This document shows, piece after piece, positions 10,093 through 20,717 of a DNA stretch of 64,000 nucleotides. How positions within the stretch are numbered: position 1 is the stretch's first letter; the number at the start of each line of letters is the position of its first letter. Made by a program: the position numbers and the translations under genes. The stretch is taken from the IMG/VR virus record IMGVR_UViG_3300019757_000006; one strand, given 5' to 3'. Below the pieces are notes generated by a model. The model was not told where the DNA came from. It ran no database searches and was given only the letters and a program-made list of their open reading frames with translations. The stretch is from a virus (lineage: Duplodnaviria; Heunggongvirae; Uroviricota; Caudoviricetes).

Positions 10093-10330
10093 TATTAACG
10101 TAGAGGAATTCAAACAGATAATTCAATCTTATGAAAATGAAAAAATTGGTCTTCAGAAGCAATTACAAGATTTAGAAAAAGAAAAAATTATTAAAAATGA
10201 AAGATTAGCTCAATTAAAAGCTAATCTTGAATCTAGTTATGGTACTTCCAATATAGATGAGTTACAAAATATATTAAAAACGAATATTGATTTTCTTATA
10301 AAAGCTAAACAGGAAATAGATACTTTATAA
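10079..10330 (+). CDS. hypothetical coiled-coil protein
   Basis: The ORF track starts at 10055. The ATG at 10079 (MMENNIN) has a better RBS (gcggagaaacATG) and avoids a long overlap. Heptad-like Leu/Gln/Glu repeats. Confidence 0.4.
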   Translation: MMENNINVEEFKQIIQSYENEKIGLQKQLQDLEKEKIIKNERLAQLKANLESSYGTSNIDELQNILKTNIDFLIKAKQEIDTL

Positions 10331-10340
10331 AAGGATAAAA

Positions 10341-12062
10341 ATGACATATACAAAGAATTTAAAAGAGTATCATAAAATTGATGCCGCGGTTAATTATAAT
10401 AGGCGAAGTTTTTTAAAATTCAAAGACCATAATAATAAAATAAATGAGTTTATTGAATTATTTAATAAACAGGAAACTAGAAATTTTGATATAATTAAAT
10501 TTCTAGTTGATTTAGAATTTGAAGATGAAGATATTAATAAGGTTGTTCAAGAGGTTATGTTTGACTCTTTGCAGGATTCCCATTATACGGGCAGTTCTGT
10601 ATTATCTGCCTATATAACACATTTACATAATCATTATAATGATATAGGAGTATTTGAACATCTAACTGATGAGAATAAAGAAATCTTTACTAATTTAAGC
10701 GAAAAAGATTTTAGTGATGATATAGATTTCTTTTTTAATGATATTAAAACGGCCTATATTTTTGGACATGTTATGTTTACAAAAATACAAGCTATTACTA
10801 AATTTTTAGAAAAATTAAAAGATACTGTTTATAAGAATTGCCCTTCTAATAAATTAACCGCTCATAGGGCATTTGTAGATTGTAATAATTCTTTAATTAG
10901 AATTTATGGGAGAAAACCTCTTAGTGATACTGTTATTAATGAATCGCTGTTATCCTCTTTAGAAAGAGGGAAATATGTAAACCAAGTTAAAAGCAAAGAC
11001 TCTTTAATAGCTATGAAATTTAATTTATTTAATGATTTAACTTCTGTTTTTGATTTCTTTACTTCCGAAGCTTTTAGTGAGCATGCTATAGATTATAGGG
11101 TTGACGGGTTTTCTTTAAATAAAGCCAATAAAGATTTATTTAGAAATATGGATACAGAAAAAATATGTTCTTTAAATTTAATTGGACCAGCTTTAGGGGA
11201 ACAATTAGATGATAGAATTAAACAATTTGATTTTTTAAATTGCGCATTGACTTATAATTTATTATTAGATAGATTTGATACGGATGGAATGTATGGAGAT
11301 AATTCGCATATAATAAATGTTCTTGTTAAGCCGTGGGAAATTACTTTTAATAGAGAATTTTTTAGTTCAAATATTTCAGGATGTAATGATGGTTTTAGAG
11401 ATCCAGAAGGTTTTCATCATCCGGTTTATGAGTTAATAGAAGATTTAAATTTAGAGGTTCCATCAACGGAATTGGAAAAATTATTGCTTCGAGACTATAA
11501 GGCTCCAGAGGCTAGTAATAGTGTTCAGTCTGCTAATTTTTTAAGAGGAAATAAAAAGGAAGATCTTAAAAATAGAAGTATTAATCGAGTTTTAATACCA
11601 TTAAAAGCTGATCATTTACATAGAACTTCCTATCCAGTTTATGATGTACTATCAGAAGTTCCATATACCGGAATAATTGAATCGCAACTGGCTAGAATTA
11701 AAAAGTATAAGGAAAAGGGATTTATATTTGAGCAAAGATCAAATTATATAAGTACCCTTGCTCATGCTAAATTAGCAGATGCTTTAAAAGTACTGGATGA
11801 TAATATATTTGAATTATTAGATGATAATTTAGAAGTATTTAATGATGCTAAGATGGCCCAGCTTTTTATGGGTTCTAGAAAAAATAATAAAGAAGCTCAG
11901 GTACTAAAAAATAATGTAAAATTATTAGATAGGGTTTCTGAAACGCAAAGGTTATTTTTAAAATTTCAAAGAGAGATAAAAGATCTTTATACAAAAGGTG
12001 GTTTAAAGATTATTGGTAATAGGGATTCTAATACAGAAGAAACTCAGGTATTCGAACTATGA
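10341..12062 (+). CDS. hypothetical protein
   Basis: 573-aa ORF with RBS aaaggataaaaATG. No recognisable motifs. Confidence 0.55.
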   Translation: MTYTKNLKEYHKIDAAVNYNRRSFLKFKDHNNKINEFIELFNKQETRNFDIIKFLVDLEFEDEDINKVVQEVMFDSLQDSHYTGSSVLSAYITHLHNHYNDIGVFEHLTDENKEIFTNLSEKDFSDDIDFFFNDIKTAYIFGHVMFTKIQAITKFLEKLKDTVYKNCPSNKLTAHRAFVDCNNSLIRIYGRKPLSDTVINESLLSSLERGKYVNQVKSKDSLIAMKFNLFNDLTSVFDFFTSEAFSEHAIDYRVDGFSLNKANKDLFRNMDTEKICSLNLIGPALGEQLDDRIKQFDFLNCALTYNLLLDRFDTDGMYGDNSHIINVLVKPWEITFNREFFSSNISGCNDGFRDPEGFHHPVYELIEDLNLEVPSTELEKLLLRDYKAPEASNSVQSANFLRGNKKEDLKNRSINRVLIPLKADHLHRTSYPVYDVLSEVPYTGIIESQLARIKKYKEKGFIFEQRSNYISTLAHAKLADALKVLDDNIFELLDDNLEVFNDAKMAQLFMGSRKNNKEAQVLKNNVKLLDRVSETQRLFLKFQREIKDLYTKGGLKIIGNRDSNTEETQVFEL

Positions 12063-12322
12063 AAAAATTCCTAAAAGTATTCTTTCTTGGATTAATAGTT
12101 TTAGTATTCACTGGTTGTAATGATGGAGTAATTACAAAAAGTACCCTAATTAAAGCTAGGATATTTTGTGACTCAAGATTGGGTACTCATCAATTAAATC
12201 AACTGGATGATGGATCTTTTGGTGCTACCTGTGTTAATGGAGAGTTCACAAGATTACATGAAATTAAAATAGATAGCGAAACTATTAGTGATGAAATTAT
12301 GATTTGGGCTAATAAATTTTAA
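12059..12322 (+). CDS. putative lipoprotein
   Basis: N-terminal MKKFLKVFFLGLIVLVFTGC looks like a signal peptide plus lipobox (L-V-F-T-G-C). Confidence 0.5.
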   Translation: MKKFLKVFFLGLIVLVFTGCNDGVITKSTLIKARIFCDSRLGTHQLNQLDDGSFGATCVNGEFTRLHEIKIDSETISDEIMIWANKF

Positions 12323-12387
12323 CTCGGAACCATAAGTAGTTGTTATAGAAAAAAAGGATATACTAATTGAAAGGAAGTAAGTAGTAA

Positions 12388-14304
12388 ATGAAAGAAAATA
12401 AAGTTGTCTTATTAAGTGAGAAAACTCATGTTTTAAAAAGAAGTGCTAGATATCTTGGAAGTATTGTTCCAGTAAAGATTTCTAGACCATTAATTCAAGA
12501 TGGTAAAATAGTGTTTGGGGAAGTAGATTATGTTCCAGCATTATTAAAAATTGCTAGAGAATTTATAGATAATAAAATTGATGAAAATATTAGGACTGGT
12601 GGTAAGTTCGCCAATGTAATTGATATTCAATTAGATCATGAAAAATTAGTAGCTTCTGATAATGGAAGAGGTATTCCAGTTATTAAAAGTGTGGATGAGT
12701 CCGGTCAAGAACTTGAACAGACAATGCCGGAATTAGCTTGGGCTAATCTTAGAGCTGGTTCTAATTTTGATGATGAAGCAGACAATACTAGTATTGGGCA
12801 AAATGGAGAAGGTGCCTCCTTAGGTGTTATGTTTAGTTCTAAATTTATTGGAGAAACTGATGATTTAAATAAACATTTTAAAATGGTATGTACTGATAAT
12901 ATTAGTACGAAAGATGTAAAGATTACTCCTTCTAAAAAGAAGAATGGTACTAAGATCCAATTTTATCCAGATATGGATAAGTTAAATCTTGGAGATAAAA
13001 TAGATCCAATATATCAAGATTTATTATATTTTGATTTATTATTCTTAAGTATAACATATCCAGATATTACATTTAAATTTAATAAAAGAGTTATTAAAAT
13101 TAAAAGTTATAATCAATTAATTAAAGAATATTTTGACTCTAAGATAATTTGTACTGAGCAAGATAATGTTATTATTGGTGTTACTAGTTCGGAAATTGGA
13201 TACAATTTTATTCAATTCGTTAATGGTATTAATGCTTATAATGGGGGCAATACTTTAGACTATATTGAAAAAAGAGTAGTGCTTCCTTTAACCGAAAGAT
13301 TCCAAAAGAGTCTTAAAACTATTAAAGCGGCTGATATAAAAAATAAAATTAGTATTCATGTAATTTTTAAAGATATGGTTAATCCTAGATTTGAAGATCA
13401 ATTAAAAACTAGTTGTATTAATACTGCAAGTCAATTTCCAGAAATAGCAGAACAGATTTTAGAAATATCTAAAAGTAAATTTATTGAAAAGATATATAAA
13501 GAAAAAAGTATATCAGACCCAATTAGAGATTTACATAAAGCTAATGAATTAGTTGCTTTAGGTAAAGATGCAAAAAATGCTCAGAAGAAAGTAAAGGTTT
13601 CGGCTAAGTATTGGAAAGCATCTAAAGTTAAAAAAAGATTATTTCTAGCGGAAGGGGATTCGGCTATTAATCCTATTATTGCTGAGATTGGAAGAGAAGA
13701 AAATGGGTTTTTCCCACTAAAGGGTAAATTGATTAATTGTCTAAAAAAATCTTTAAAACTAGTTTTAAAGAATGATGAAGTAATTCAGTTAGCAGATATT
13801 CTTGGAATTAATCTTAGTCATAATGAAAATGGTAAAGATAAAGATTTAGACTATTTAGAAATCTGGTTAGCTGGAGATATGGATGTTGATGGTTCTCATG
13901 TTGTATTATTAGTACTTTCTTTTATAGAAAAATTTGCCCCAGCTTATTTAGATAAAGTTAGGGTCTTTAGATTTATGTCTCCAGTTATGATTGCTCTTAA
14001 AAATGATATCCCAATAAATATGTTTTTTACTATGAAAGAATTTGCTGACTTTAGAGATAATAAAAACACTAGAGGAATTTCTTGGTATTATGCTAAAGGT
14101 CTTGGATCTTTATCCGAAGAAATGTGGGAGTTTTTATTTAAAGAATTTCCTTTAAAAGATTTAGGATTACCACTATCATTTGATAATGTAGATGATCCAG
14201 AAAAAGAAAGACAAGAAATGTATTCTTGGTTAACTGATGATATTGATTTTAGAAAAGTAAAAATTAAAGAAAATATAGCTAATTTTGATTTAGGAGATAG
14301 TTAA
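12388..14304 (+). CDS. type II DNA topoisomerase large subunit (T4 gp39-like: GyrB-type ATPase + TOPRIM)
   Basis: The N-terminus has a GHKL ATPase-like region. The TOPRIM motif LFLAEGDSA and the DxD motif GDMDVDGSH are both present. The next gene encodes the Tyr-bearing cleavage subunit. Confidence 0.9.
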   Translation: MKENKVVLLSEKTHVLKRSARYLGSIVPVKISRPLIQDGKIVFGEVDYVPALLKIAREFIDNKIDENIRTGGKFANVIDIQLDHEKLVASDNGRGIPVIKSVDESGQELEQTMPELAWANLRAGSNFDDEADNTSIGQNGEGASLGVMFSSKFIGETDDLNKHFKMVCTDNISTKDVKITPSKKKNGTKIQFYPDMDKLNLGDKIDPIYQDLLYFDLLFLSITYPDITFKFNKRVIKIKSYNQLIKEYFDSKIICTEQDNVIIGVTSSEIGYNFIQFVNGINAYNGGNTLDYIEKRVVLPLTERFQKSLKTIKAADIKNKISIHVIFKDMVNPRFEDQLKTSCINTASQFPEIAEQILEISKSKFIEKIYKEKSISDPIRDLHKANELVALGKDAKNAQKKVKVSAKYWKASKVKKRLFLAEGDSAINPIIAEIGREENGFFPLKGKLINCLKKSLKLVLKNDEVIQLADILGINLSHNENGKDKDLDYLEIWLAGDMDVDGSHVVLLVLSFIEKFAPAYLDKVRVFRFMSPVMIALKNDIPINMFFTMKEFADFRDNKNTRGISWYYAKGLGSLSEEMWEFLFKEFPLKDLGLPLSFDNVDDPEKERQEMYSWLTDDIDFRKVKIKENIANFDLGDS

Positions 14305-15680
14305 TGAAAAAGTTTTTAGATTCAGAAGTGCTTACTTATGGAACTTATAAAGTAGTACAACAGTTACCAAATGCTCTTAGTGGGATGTCTCAGACTCAAA
14401 CTAAGATCATGCATGAGCTTCAAAAGAAACCAGATAAGAAGATAAAGACCGCTGAGGTTTTTACTCTTATTTATAATAATACGAAGTACAGACATGGTGA
14501 TGTATCAGCAAATACTACTACTAGTAATCTGGCTGCTCCATATAGTAATAATATTAATTTATTAAAGCCTAGTGGAACATTTGGATTTAGAAGTGCCAAG
14601 AAAGCATCTTCTGCTAGATATACTAATGTTATTTTTAGTAAGATGGGACAATCTATATTTAATAAAAAAGATATACCATTACTAGAAGAACAGATATTAG
14701 AAGAAACTGTAGTTGAACCACATTATTTATTACCTATTATTCCAGTTGGTTTAATTAATGGTATGGATGGTATTGGTATGGGATATTCTTGTAAAGTACA
14801 TCCTAGAAATCCTTTAGAGATAATTGATTTAATCATTAATATATTAAGTGGTAAAACTAAAGTAATTCCTAGTGTTCTTAACTTACATTACCCGTTCTTT
14901 GATGGAGTAATTGAAAATGGAGAAAATCCTAGACAATTTATTATTAAAGGTAAAGTTTCTAAACCTAAAAAGAATGTTGTAAAAATTACTCAAGTACCCG
15001 TTTCTTTAGATAGAGAAAAAATTATTGATAATTTAAATAAATTAATTGATAAAGATTTAATTAGATCGTTCGAAGAAGATTGTGTAAAAAACACATTTGA
15101 CTTTACTGTTAGAGTAACTCCAGAAGTATGGAATATGGATGAAGAAACTCTATTAGAATTATTCTCATTAAACTCTACTGTATCAGATAGTATTACTCTT
15201 ATTCATAGAGTTAATAATAAATATGAATTATTATTCTTTGATTCGGTTTCTGAGTATCTTGGTTTTTGGATTAAAGAAAGATTAGGTTTATATAAAGAAA
15301 GATTAGCTATTGAAATAATTGAATATGAATTTAGATTAATGAAAAACGAGGAACAACGTAGATTTATTGAATTAGAAAATAATGGGACTATAGTTGTTTC
15401 TAAAAAATCTAAAGTTGATATTTTAAAGCAAATTAAAGCTAATAATTTAAAAAATATTGCAGATGGTTCTTCGGAAACTGGATGGAATTATTTATTAAAT
15501 ATGCCTATTTATAATTTAAGTGCTGAAAAATTAAAAGAATTAGAAATCGAACATGCTAGATTAACTCAAGAGTTAATTGATTATAGAAAATTAAAGCCAA
15601 CGAGTGTTTGGTTAGAAGAATTAAAAAATCTTCATAAATTAGTATTAAAAGAATACGAATCGAAATTGGTTGTGGTATAA
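14304..15680 (+). CDS. type II DNA topoisomerase medium subunit (T4 gp52-like, GyrA/ParC-type cleavage domain)
   Basis: SSARYTNV active-site tyrosine context (AxRYTE in GyrA). Start overlaps the gp39-like stop (TAATG). Confidence 0.85.
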   Translation: MKKFLDSEVLTYGTYKVVQQLPNALSGMSQTQTKIMHELQKKPDKKIKTAEVFTLIYNNTKYRHGDVSANTTTSNLAAPYSNNINLLKPSGTFGFRSAKKASSARYTNVIFSKMGQSIFNKKDIPLLEEQILEETVVEPHYLLPIIPVGLINGMDGIGMGYSCKVHPRNPLEIIDLIINILSGKTKVIPSVLNLHYPFFDGVIENGENPRQFIIKGKVSKPKKNVVKITQVPVSLDREKIIDNLNKLIDKDLIRSFEEDCVKNTFDFTVRVTPEVWNMDEETLLELFSLNSTVSDSITLIHRVNNKYELLFFDSVSEYLGFWIKERLGLYKERLAIEIIEYEFRLMKNEEQRRFIELENNGTIVVSKKSKVDILKQIKANNLKNIADGSSETGWNYLLNMPIYNLSAEKLKELEIEHARLTQELIDYRKLKPTSVWLEELKNLHKLVLKEYESKLVVV

Positions 15681-15706
15681 TCCACAACCAATTTTCCTGT
15701 CGTTAT
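15669..15706 (+). terminator. stem-loop + TTTCCTGTCGTTA element on the topoisomerase stop codon
   Basis: ggttgtgg-tataat-ccacaacc hairpin; the topoisomerase stop TAA (15678-15680) sits in its loop. It is followed by aattttcctgtcgttattttt. Confidence 0.45.
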
Positions 15707-15740
15707 TTTTGGGTAATTTATATTATAACCACTCGGTTTA

Positions 15741-15797
15741 AAAACGTGATAGCTGGTCAACTATACTAAGCTATAGCTATCTTAAGCTAAGCTATTG
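15741..15797 (+). repeat. AGCTA-rich dispersed intergenic repeat, copy A
   Basis: aaaacgtgatagctggtcaactatactaagctatagctatcttaagctaagctattg. The reverse complement of copy C (41101..41163) matches it. Confidence 0.5.
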
Positions 15798-15807
15798 TAT
15801 AATAATA

Positions 15808-15870
15808 CTTTAGAATAAGTACATCAGAGTATAGATATATTATAATCAGATAAGATGATATAATTGAAAA
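15808..15870 (+). promoter_or_regulatory. conserved ~60-bp promoter-like block, copy 1
   Basis: ctttagaataagtacatcagagtatagatatattataatcagataagatgatataattgaaaa. Its 26-nt core agtatagatatattataatcagataa is identical at 34775..34800 and contains TATAAT-like hexamers. It lies ~160 bp upstream of gene 16027. Confidence 0.45.
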
Positions 15871-16026
15871 GTTATATTTTTTTATAGTCTATTTTTTGGC
15901 CCTGACGAGGGCATTATAAATACAATATTAAATATAAAAGGAGATCTTTTTTTATAGTTGTTAATTATTTTTTATAAATAATTAAACCGAGATTCGCGAT
16001 GAAAAAATTAAAAGGAGAGTCACACG

Positions 16027-16413
16027 ATGAATCATACCCCCGTATGTGCGGATAAAGAAAAAGTAAAGAAGCTTTTTTATTCCGTTTTAAAAGAGAAAAA
16101 ATGCTCTCATGAAGATTATACTCTTATTAAAAAATTAATACTAAATGAGGAACATAATGTTCTTTATTACAGAAGTGTAAATAATAATCCTTTTGGAAAA
16201 GGGATGTTGAAAGATTTAAGTATAAAAGAGGGAGAGGTATTTTATTTAAGAAAAAATGTTATTTTTGCTCAACATAAAACATTAGGATTAATTAAAATTT
16301 TAGGTATCAATACTAAAAGAAAAGATATCAAATTATATATAAAGGGTCAATTAGGTAACTTAATTATGGAAAGCACTACTCCAGTTTTAGTGCATAGTGC
16401 TAAGGTTGATTAA
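16027..16413 (+). CDS. hypothetical protein
   Basis: RBS aaaaggagagtcacacgATG. First gene after a 346-bp regulatory intergenic region. Confidence 0.5.
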   Translation: MNHTPVCADKEKVKKLFYSVLKEKKCSHEDYTLIKKLILNEEHNVLYYRSVNNNPFGKGMLKDLSIKEGEVFYLRKNVIFAQHKTLGLIKILGINTKRKDIKLYIKGQLGNLIMESTTPVLVHSAKVD

Positions 16414-17009
16414 TGAATTACTCTAAAGTTAAATTTAATAAATGTATTAGACTTCTTAAACCTATTGTAGATGCATTTTCAAGTACTATTGTTGGAATAG
16501 AAAGAGAGTATGTTATTGAAAGTATTTTTATTACTAAGAATAATCGAATAGGTGTGGTTATTTTAGGTAGTATGGGATTTAGATGTGGTTATATAAGTAT
16601 TGGAGAAAATGATTTATTAGAAGATTATGAATATTATGAAATTGATGTTCATGGTGGTTTAACCTATCAAGGAAAAGATAATATTGATGAAGTTATTAAA
16701 AACAAGTTAACTCCTGAAGAATTTAATTACATTAAAAAAAATATAACTTATATTGGATTTGATTGTGGCCATTATACTGATGGAAATTCTTATGCTGATT
16801 TAATAGAGTACGGAGTTGAAGTTGAACATCAATTTTCTATAGGTGGTCAAGTAAAAACTTTAGACTATGTTAAAAATGAAATTCAGAAAATGGATTCTCA
16901 ATTAAAAAAGACTAATATTAAAGTTAGAAAAAAGTTAGATACTTTAATTCAAACCAGATTAGTATTTGAAAGAGGTCGTTTTAAATTTAAAGGTAAAAAG
17001 AATGGGTAG
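16413..17009 (+). CDS. hypothetical protein
   Basis: 198-aa ORF whose start overlaps the previous stop (TAATG). Confidence 0.5.
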   Translation: MNYSKVKFNKCIRLLKPIVDAFSSTIVGIEREYVIESIFITKNNRIGVVILGSMGFRCGYISIGENDLLEDYEYYEIDVHGGLTYQGKDNIDEVIKNKLTPEEFNYIKKNITYIGFDCGHYTDGNSYADLIEYGVEVEHQFSIGGQVKTLDYVKNEIQKMDSQLKKTNIKVRKKLDTLIQTRLVFERGRFKFKGKKNG

Positions 17010-19089
17010 AGGAAACAGAAGTAGAAACCGAAGAAGAAGAAAAAAAAATAATAATTCTTCTGAAGAAAATACAGAAAATAGAGGTAGTTCTTTTTCTAAA
17101 CAGAGAAAAACTAAAGAGCAAAAAAAACAAGAGAAAATACAAAGAAAGAAGGAAGCGAAAATGGGTAAAAGAAAAAGTAATTTTTTAAGTAATGTGTCAG
17201 ATGCCGTATCAAATGCAATGAGTGTAAATAATTATTATGGTGGTGGTTATGGTTATAATGCGTTTCAGGTAACTAGACCAACTGATGGTGAAGAAAAAAC
17301 AACTTTAAATTTAGCAATCTTTTCACAAAAATTTTTAAATGATATTGCTGCACAATGTGTACCAGTAGCTGGTGGAGCTGAGTTCCAAACTCATTATAGA
17401 TGTTTACAAGTAGTAATTGGTAATGGTCAAGGTAGAGTTGTATTTACAATTCCTACTGTATTCTTTAACTTTCCTCAAACTGTTTCGACAGGTTCTGTTG
17501 ATTTTGATTTAAGAGAAGTAGATACTATTTCAGCTGGATTAAAAGAAAAATCAAATGAACTTGCTATGCAAATTGCAAATGTTTTTCCAAAAGCTTATTT
17601 TGAAGGTATGGGATTTAATGTATCATTTAGAGAAGGTGAAGTTGGAAGTATTCATAGACATCCAGGGGATTTCTCATTCTCGAGTATTGACTTAGATAAA
17701 GATCCTACAAATCCAGGGGTTATTTATAGACAAGGTAATGCAAAAGATGTTATTCAAACGGATTCTGTTTTATATATTCAAGGTGGAAATCATGTTAAGT
17801 TAGTAACTACTCAAACTAGAGTTGTTAATGTAGAAGCAGCTGAGGATGGTGGTGTTGCTGGAACATATGATAAAGCTAAAACTATTGCAATGATTTATAA
17901 AGATTCTGATACTACTCCAGAAATAGATACAACTGCTACGGAAATTGCTTTTGATCAATTTTTTATACCAGATGGAGAAACAGAACAACAAGGTGTTGCA
18001 GAAGTACTTACTCATTATTTAAATAGATTTGATGGTATTTCTCAAGGAGAAGCTGAAGGGTTTATTGAACATGCTGCTAAAGTTATGCAAATTTTAATTT
18101 CAAATAACTATACTGCAATTAACAAGATTGATCCAAATCTTATTAAACCACATTACCATTCTCCAAAAGTTACTTATAGTCGTAATAAAGCAAGTAATAG
18201 TAATACTAAGAGTCATTTCGCAAAAGATATTGGTACTGACTTAGATGTTAAAGATATGATGTTAAATGAAGTATTAGATTTCTTAAATATAGAACCTTCT
18301 AAATCTAAAATTACTGAAATTACTGATGAGGAAGTTAGAACATTATTCTGGAATTGTGCTGGAAATAAAAGTAATTCTGTAACAATATCTTGTTCTGATG
18401 GTACTATTAAATCAGATGTTATTACAAAAACAAGTGTATTAATTAAAGTAACTTTTACTCAAAAATTAGCTAAAGGTACTAGTACTAGTACTAGATATAT
18501 TCAAAAAGGGAATGGTAATGAGTACATTATCGAAGATAAACCTGAAATTACCCCAGAAGTAATTATAGAAGATGATGATGAAAGCAATATTATTCTTGAT
18601 TATAATGATGCTAGTATTGATCTTGATCATATCGAAACTGACGGAATAGATACCGTTCAAAATGATATTCCAGATATTATTGACGCAGATGCTACTAAAG
18701 CTATCCTTGATTCAGAACAAGAAGTAGAATCTATTGATACTATTACAGAAGATGATAAAGAGGAAACTAAAGAAGTTGGTGGTACTCAGGTTCAAGAAGT
18801 TAAAGAAAAAAAACCAGATTTAGATGAGGTTACTATAGATGATATTAAAAAGTTATTTAAGGAATCTTATGGAAAACAATTTACTGAATTGACCGTAGTA
18901 AATCAATTCCAAGTTGATGGTCTTAAGAAAATGTTATTGGTTTTAAAACCATTAGGTACAGAGTATCTAAGAATTAAAACAGAGAATGTAGAAATTTTTG
19001 CTGATGAATTGAATGATAAAGAGTGTTGTATTATTACATTAGAAACAGCTACAAACTCGTTTCCTAAGCCAATCGATTTATCGATTTAA
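17003..19089 (+). CDS. hypothetical protein with poly-basic N-terminus and acidic C-terminal region
   Basis: The ATG at 17003 (MGRGNRSRNRRRRKKNN) has RBS aaaggtaaaaagaATG. I preferred it over the track start at 16966, which would overlap the previous gene. The C-terminus has D/E-rich tracts. Confidence 0.55.
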
Positions 19090-19091
19090 TT

Positions 19092-20144
19092 ATGGATGTG
19101 GCCTTTATAAAGGATCCACATTTAATGTTTGGCTTTCGTAATTTAATTAGAAAGCCAGGTTGGGAAAATGATGTGATTCTAAAATTAGAAACTATTAAAA
19201 ATTTGATGATTGAAAGAGGATGTACTATTTTACTTTTCTCTGGAGATATGTTAGATAGAAGTAAATCTAAAGAATGGTCTTTTAAATTATATTTAAAAGT
19301 TTTAGAAGTACTTACAAAAATCTTTGTGGAAAACGGAATTAATATCTATAGTATTCAGGGTAATCATGATATGTTAGATGGTAATGAATCTGTCGAAGGA
19401 AGTGTATTTGGTAAGTTAGTTGAAGATGGTATTATTCATCATATAACTACTAATCCATTAGTACTTAATCTTCAAGATGAAGCTACTGGAAAACGGGTAG
19501 ATGTTTCTATTCAGGGTTTAGATTATACTGAGGTAAAAGAAAATATTCAATCTGGTATGGAGCGAATAAATTCTAGTACTTTAAATACGGAGATGATAAA
19601 TTGTATGATGACTCATACTAATATTACTCCAAATGAAACTCAAGTATCTGATTTTACGTATAAACATTTATCTGAAACTTATCCAAATATCGATATTCAC
19701 TTTTGTGGGCATTATCATTTAGGTTTTGAACCAGATAAAGTTAATAATACTACATTTATTAATCCTTGGAACTTAACTAGAGTTATAAGAGATTATAATT
19801 CTAGAATGGAGTTACATACTCCAGAAGTAACTTTTATAAATTTTATAAAATATTCAAAAGATGCTGAACCGGAGGAGTTTACTGAGGTAATTCAATTACC
19901 TCATAAATCTTTTTCAGAAGCATTCAGAGAGGAAGTTATAAATTTATTAGAGGAATCAGATAATGGTTTTAAATTCTTTAAAGAGGGAGTAGTTGATTTA
20001 GAAGAATTGCTTCAGAATCAGGAAATGACTGATGAAGAAATGATTTCGGTTTTAATTACTAAAACTCTTGAGGGAGTTCCAGATGAAAGAAAGAGCCTAA
20101 TTAAAAATAAGGTTCTTCAATATCTTGGAGAAGAAAATGTTTAA
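19092..20144 (+). CDS. Mre11/SbcD-like metallophosphoesterase nuclease (T4 gp47-like)
   Basis: Calcineurin-like phosphoesterase motifs appear in order: DPHL (DxH), LFSGDMLDR (GDxxD), IQGNHDM (GNHD), CGHYHLG (GHxH). Confidence 0.7.
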   Translation: MDVAFIKDPHLMFGFRNLIRKPGWENDVILKLETIKNLMIERGCTILLFSGDMLDRSKSKEWSFKLYLKVLEVLTKIFVENGINIYSIQGNHDMLDGNESVEGSVFGKLVEDGIIHHITTNPLVLNLQDEATGKRVDVSIQGLDYTEVKENIQSGMERINSSTLNTEMINCMMTHTNITPNETQVSDFTYKHLSETYPNIDIHFCGHYHLGFEPDKVNNTTFINPWNLTRVIRDYNSRMELHTPEVTFINFIKYSKDAEPEEFTEVIQLPHKSFSEAFREEVINLLEESDNGFKFFKEGVVDLEELLQNQEMTDEEMISVLITKTLEGVPDERKSLIKNKVLQYLGEENV

Positions 20145-20706
20145 TTATTATCCAAGTAAAATAGATACTTATTGGAAATCCGACCCATTAGATAAAAGAA
20201 GATTTTTAGCCAGTTATATGCATTATTTATCTTTAATTAAATTATGTCATAAAGCTCAAGAGAATGGAAAAACTATTGGTTGGGAAATTAAAGAAATATT
20301 AGATTTATCCGCGAAGGATGTTTCTAATTATTATTTTAAACTTAAGTACTTATCGTATTATAAAGTATCAATCTCTCCAAAGATGGTAAAGGATAAAGAA
20401 TCGAAAGAATATTTATTTAATATTAATCTAGAGGGTGATGAGTTAATAGATATAAAGCATAAAGATAACGTGGCTGCATTATATGATAATATATGTGCAG
20501 TTATTGGTGATTATGATTTATATAAAGAGGAAGCTGTTTTAGATATGGGATTACTAGTTCCAGGTAAAAATATGTTCGTTTTAAATAATAGAGACTTAGT
20601 ACAAGTTGAAGAATTTAAAGATAGTCTAGTTAATTTCTTATTAACAGAACCATATACAAAGTTAGAAAAAGGTTCGAAAGTAATCGGATCACTTGTATTT
20701 AAATAA
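20125..20706 (+). CDS. hypothetical protein
   Basis: 193-aa ORF that overlaps the end of the nuclease gene. Confidence 0.5.
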   Translation: MEKKMFNYYPSKIDTYWKSDPLDKRRFLASYMHYLSLIKLCHKAQENGKTIGWEIKEILDLSAKDVSNYYFKLKYLSYYKVSISPKMVKDKESKEYLFNINLEGDELIDIKHKDNVAALYDNICAVIGDYDLYKEEAVLDMGLLVPGKNMFVLNNRDLVQVEEFKDSLVNFLLTEPYTKLEKGSKVIGSLVFK

Positions 20707-20717
20707 AGGAAAAAAAA

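Noticed and set aside
15681-16026. tRNA gene(s) in the 346-bp intergenic region after the topoisomerase genes (a common tRNA location in T4-like phages)
   Set aside because: No cloverleaf is evident: there is no GTTCGAATCC or T-loop-like box, no acceptor-stem pairing and no CCA-compatible ends. The region is instead made of the hairpin/CTGTCG element, AGCTA repeats and promoter-like blocks.
16966-17002. Upstream start (16966) for the 707-aa ORF, and upstream starts 10055, 37893 and 38485 given in the ORF track
   Set aside because: Each would create a long same-strand overlap with the preceding gene. Internal ATGs (17003, 10079, 37944) have clearly better Shine-Dalgarno spacing. The 38485 start is a GTG with no RBS.
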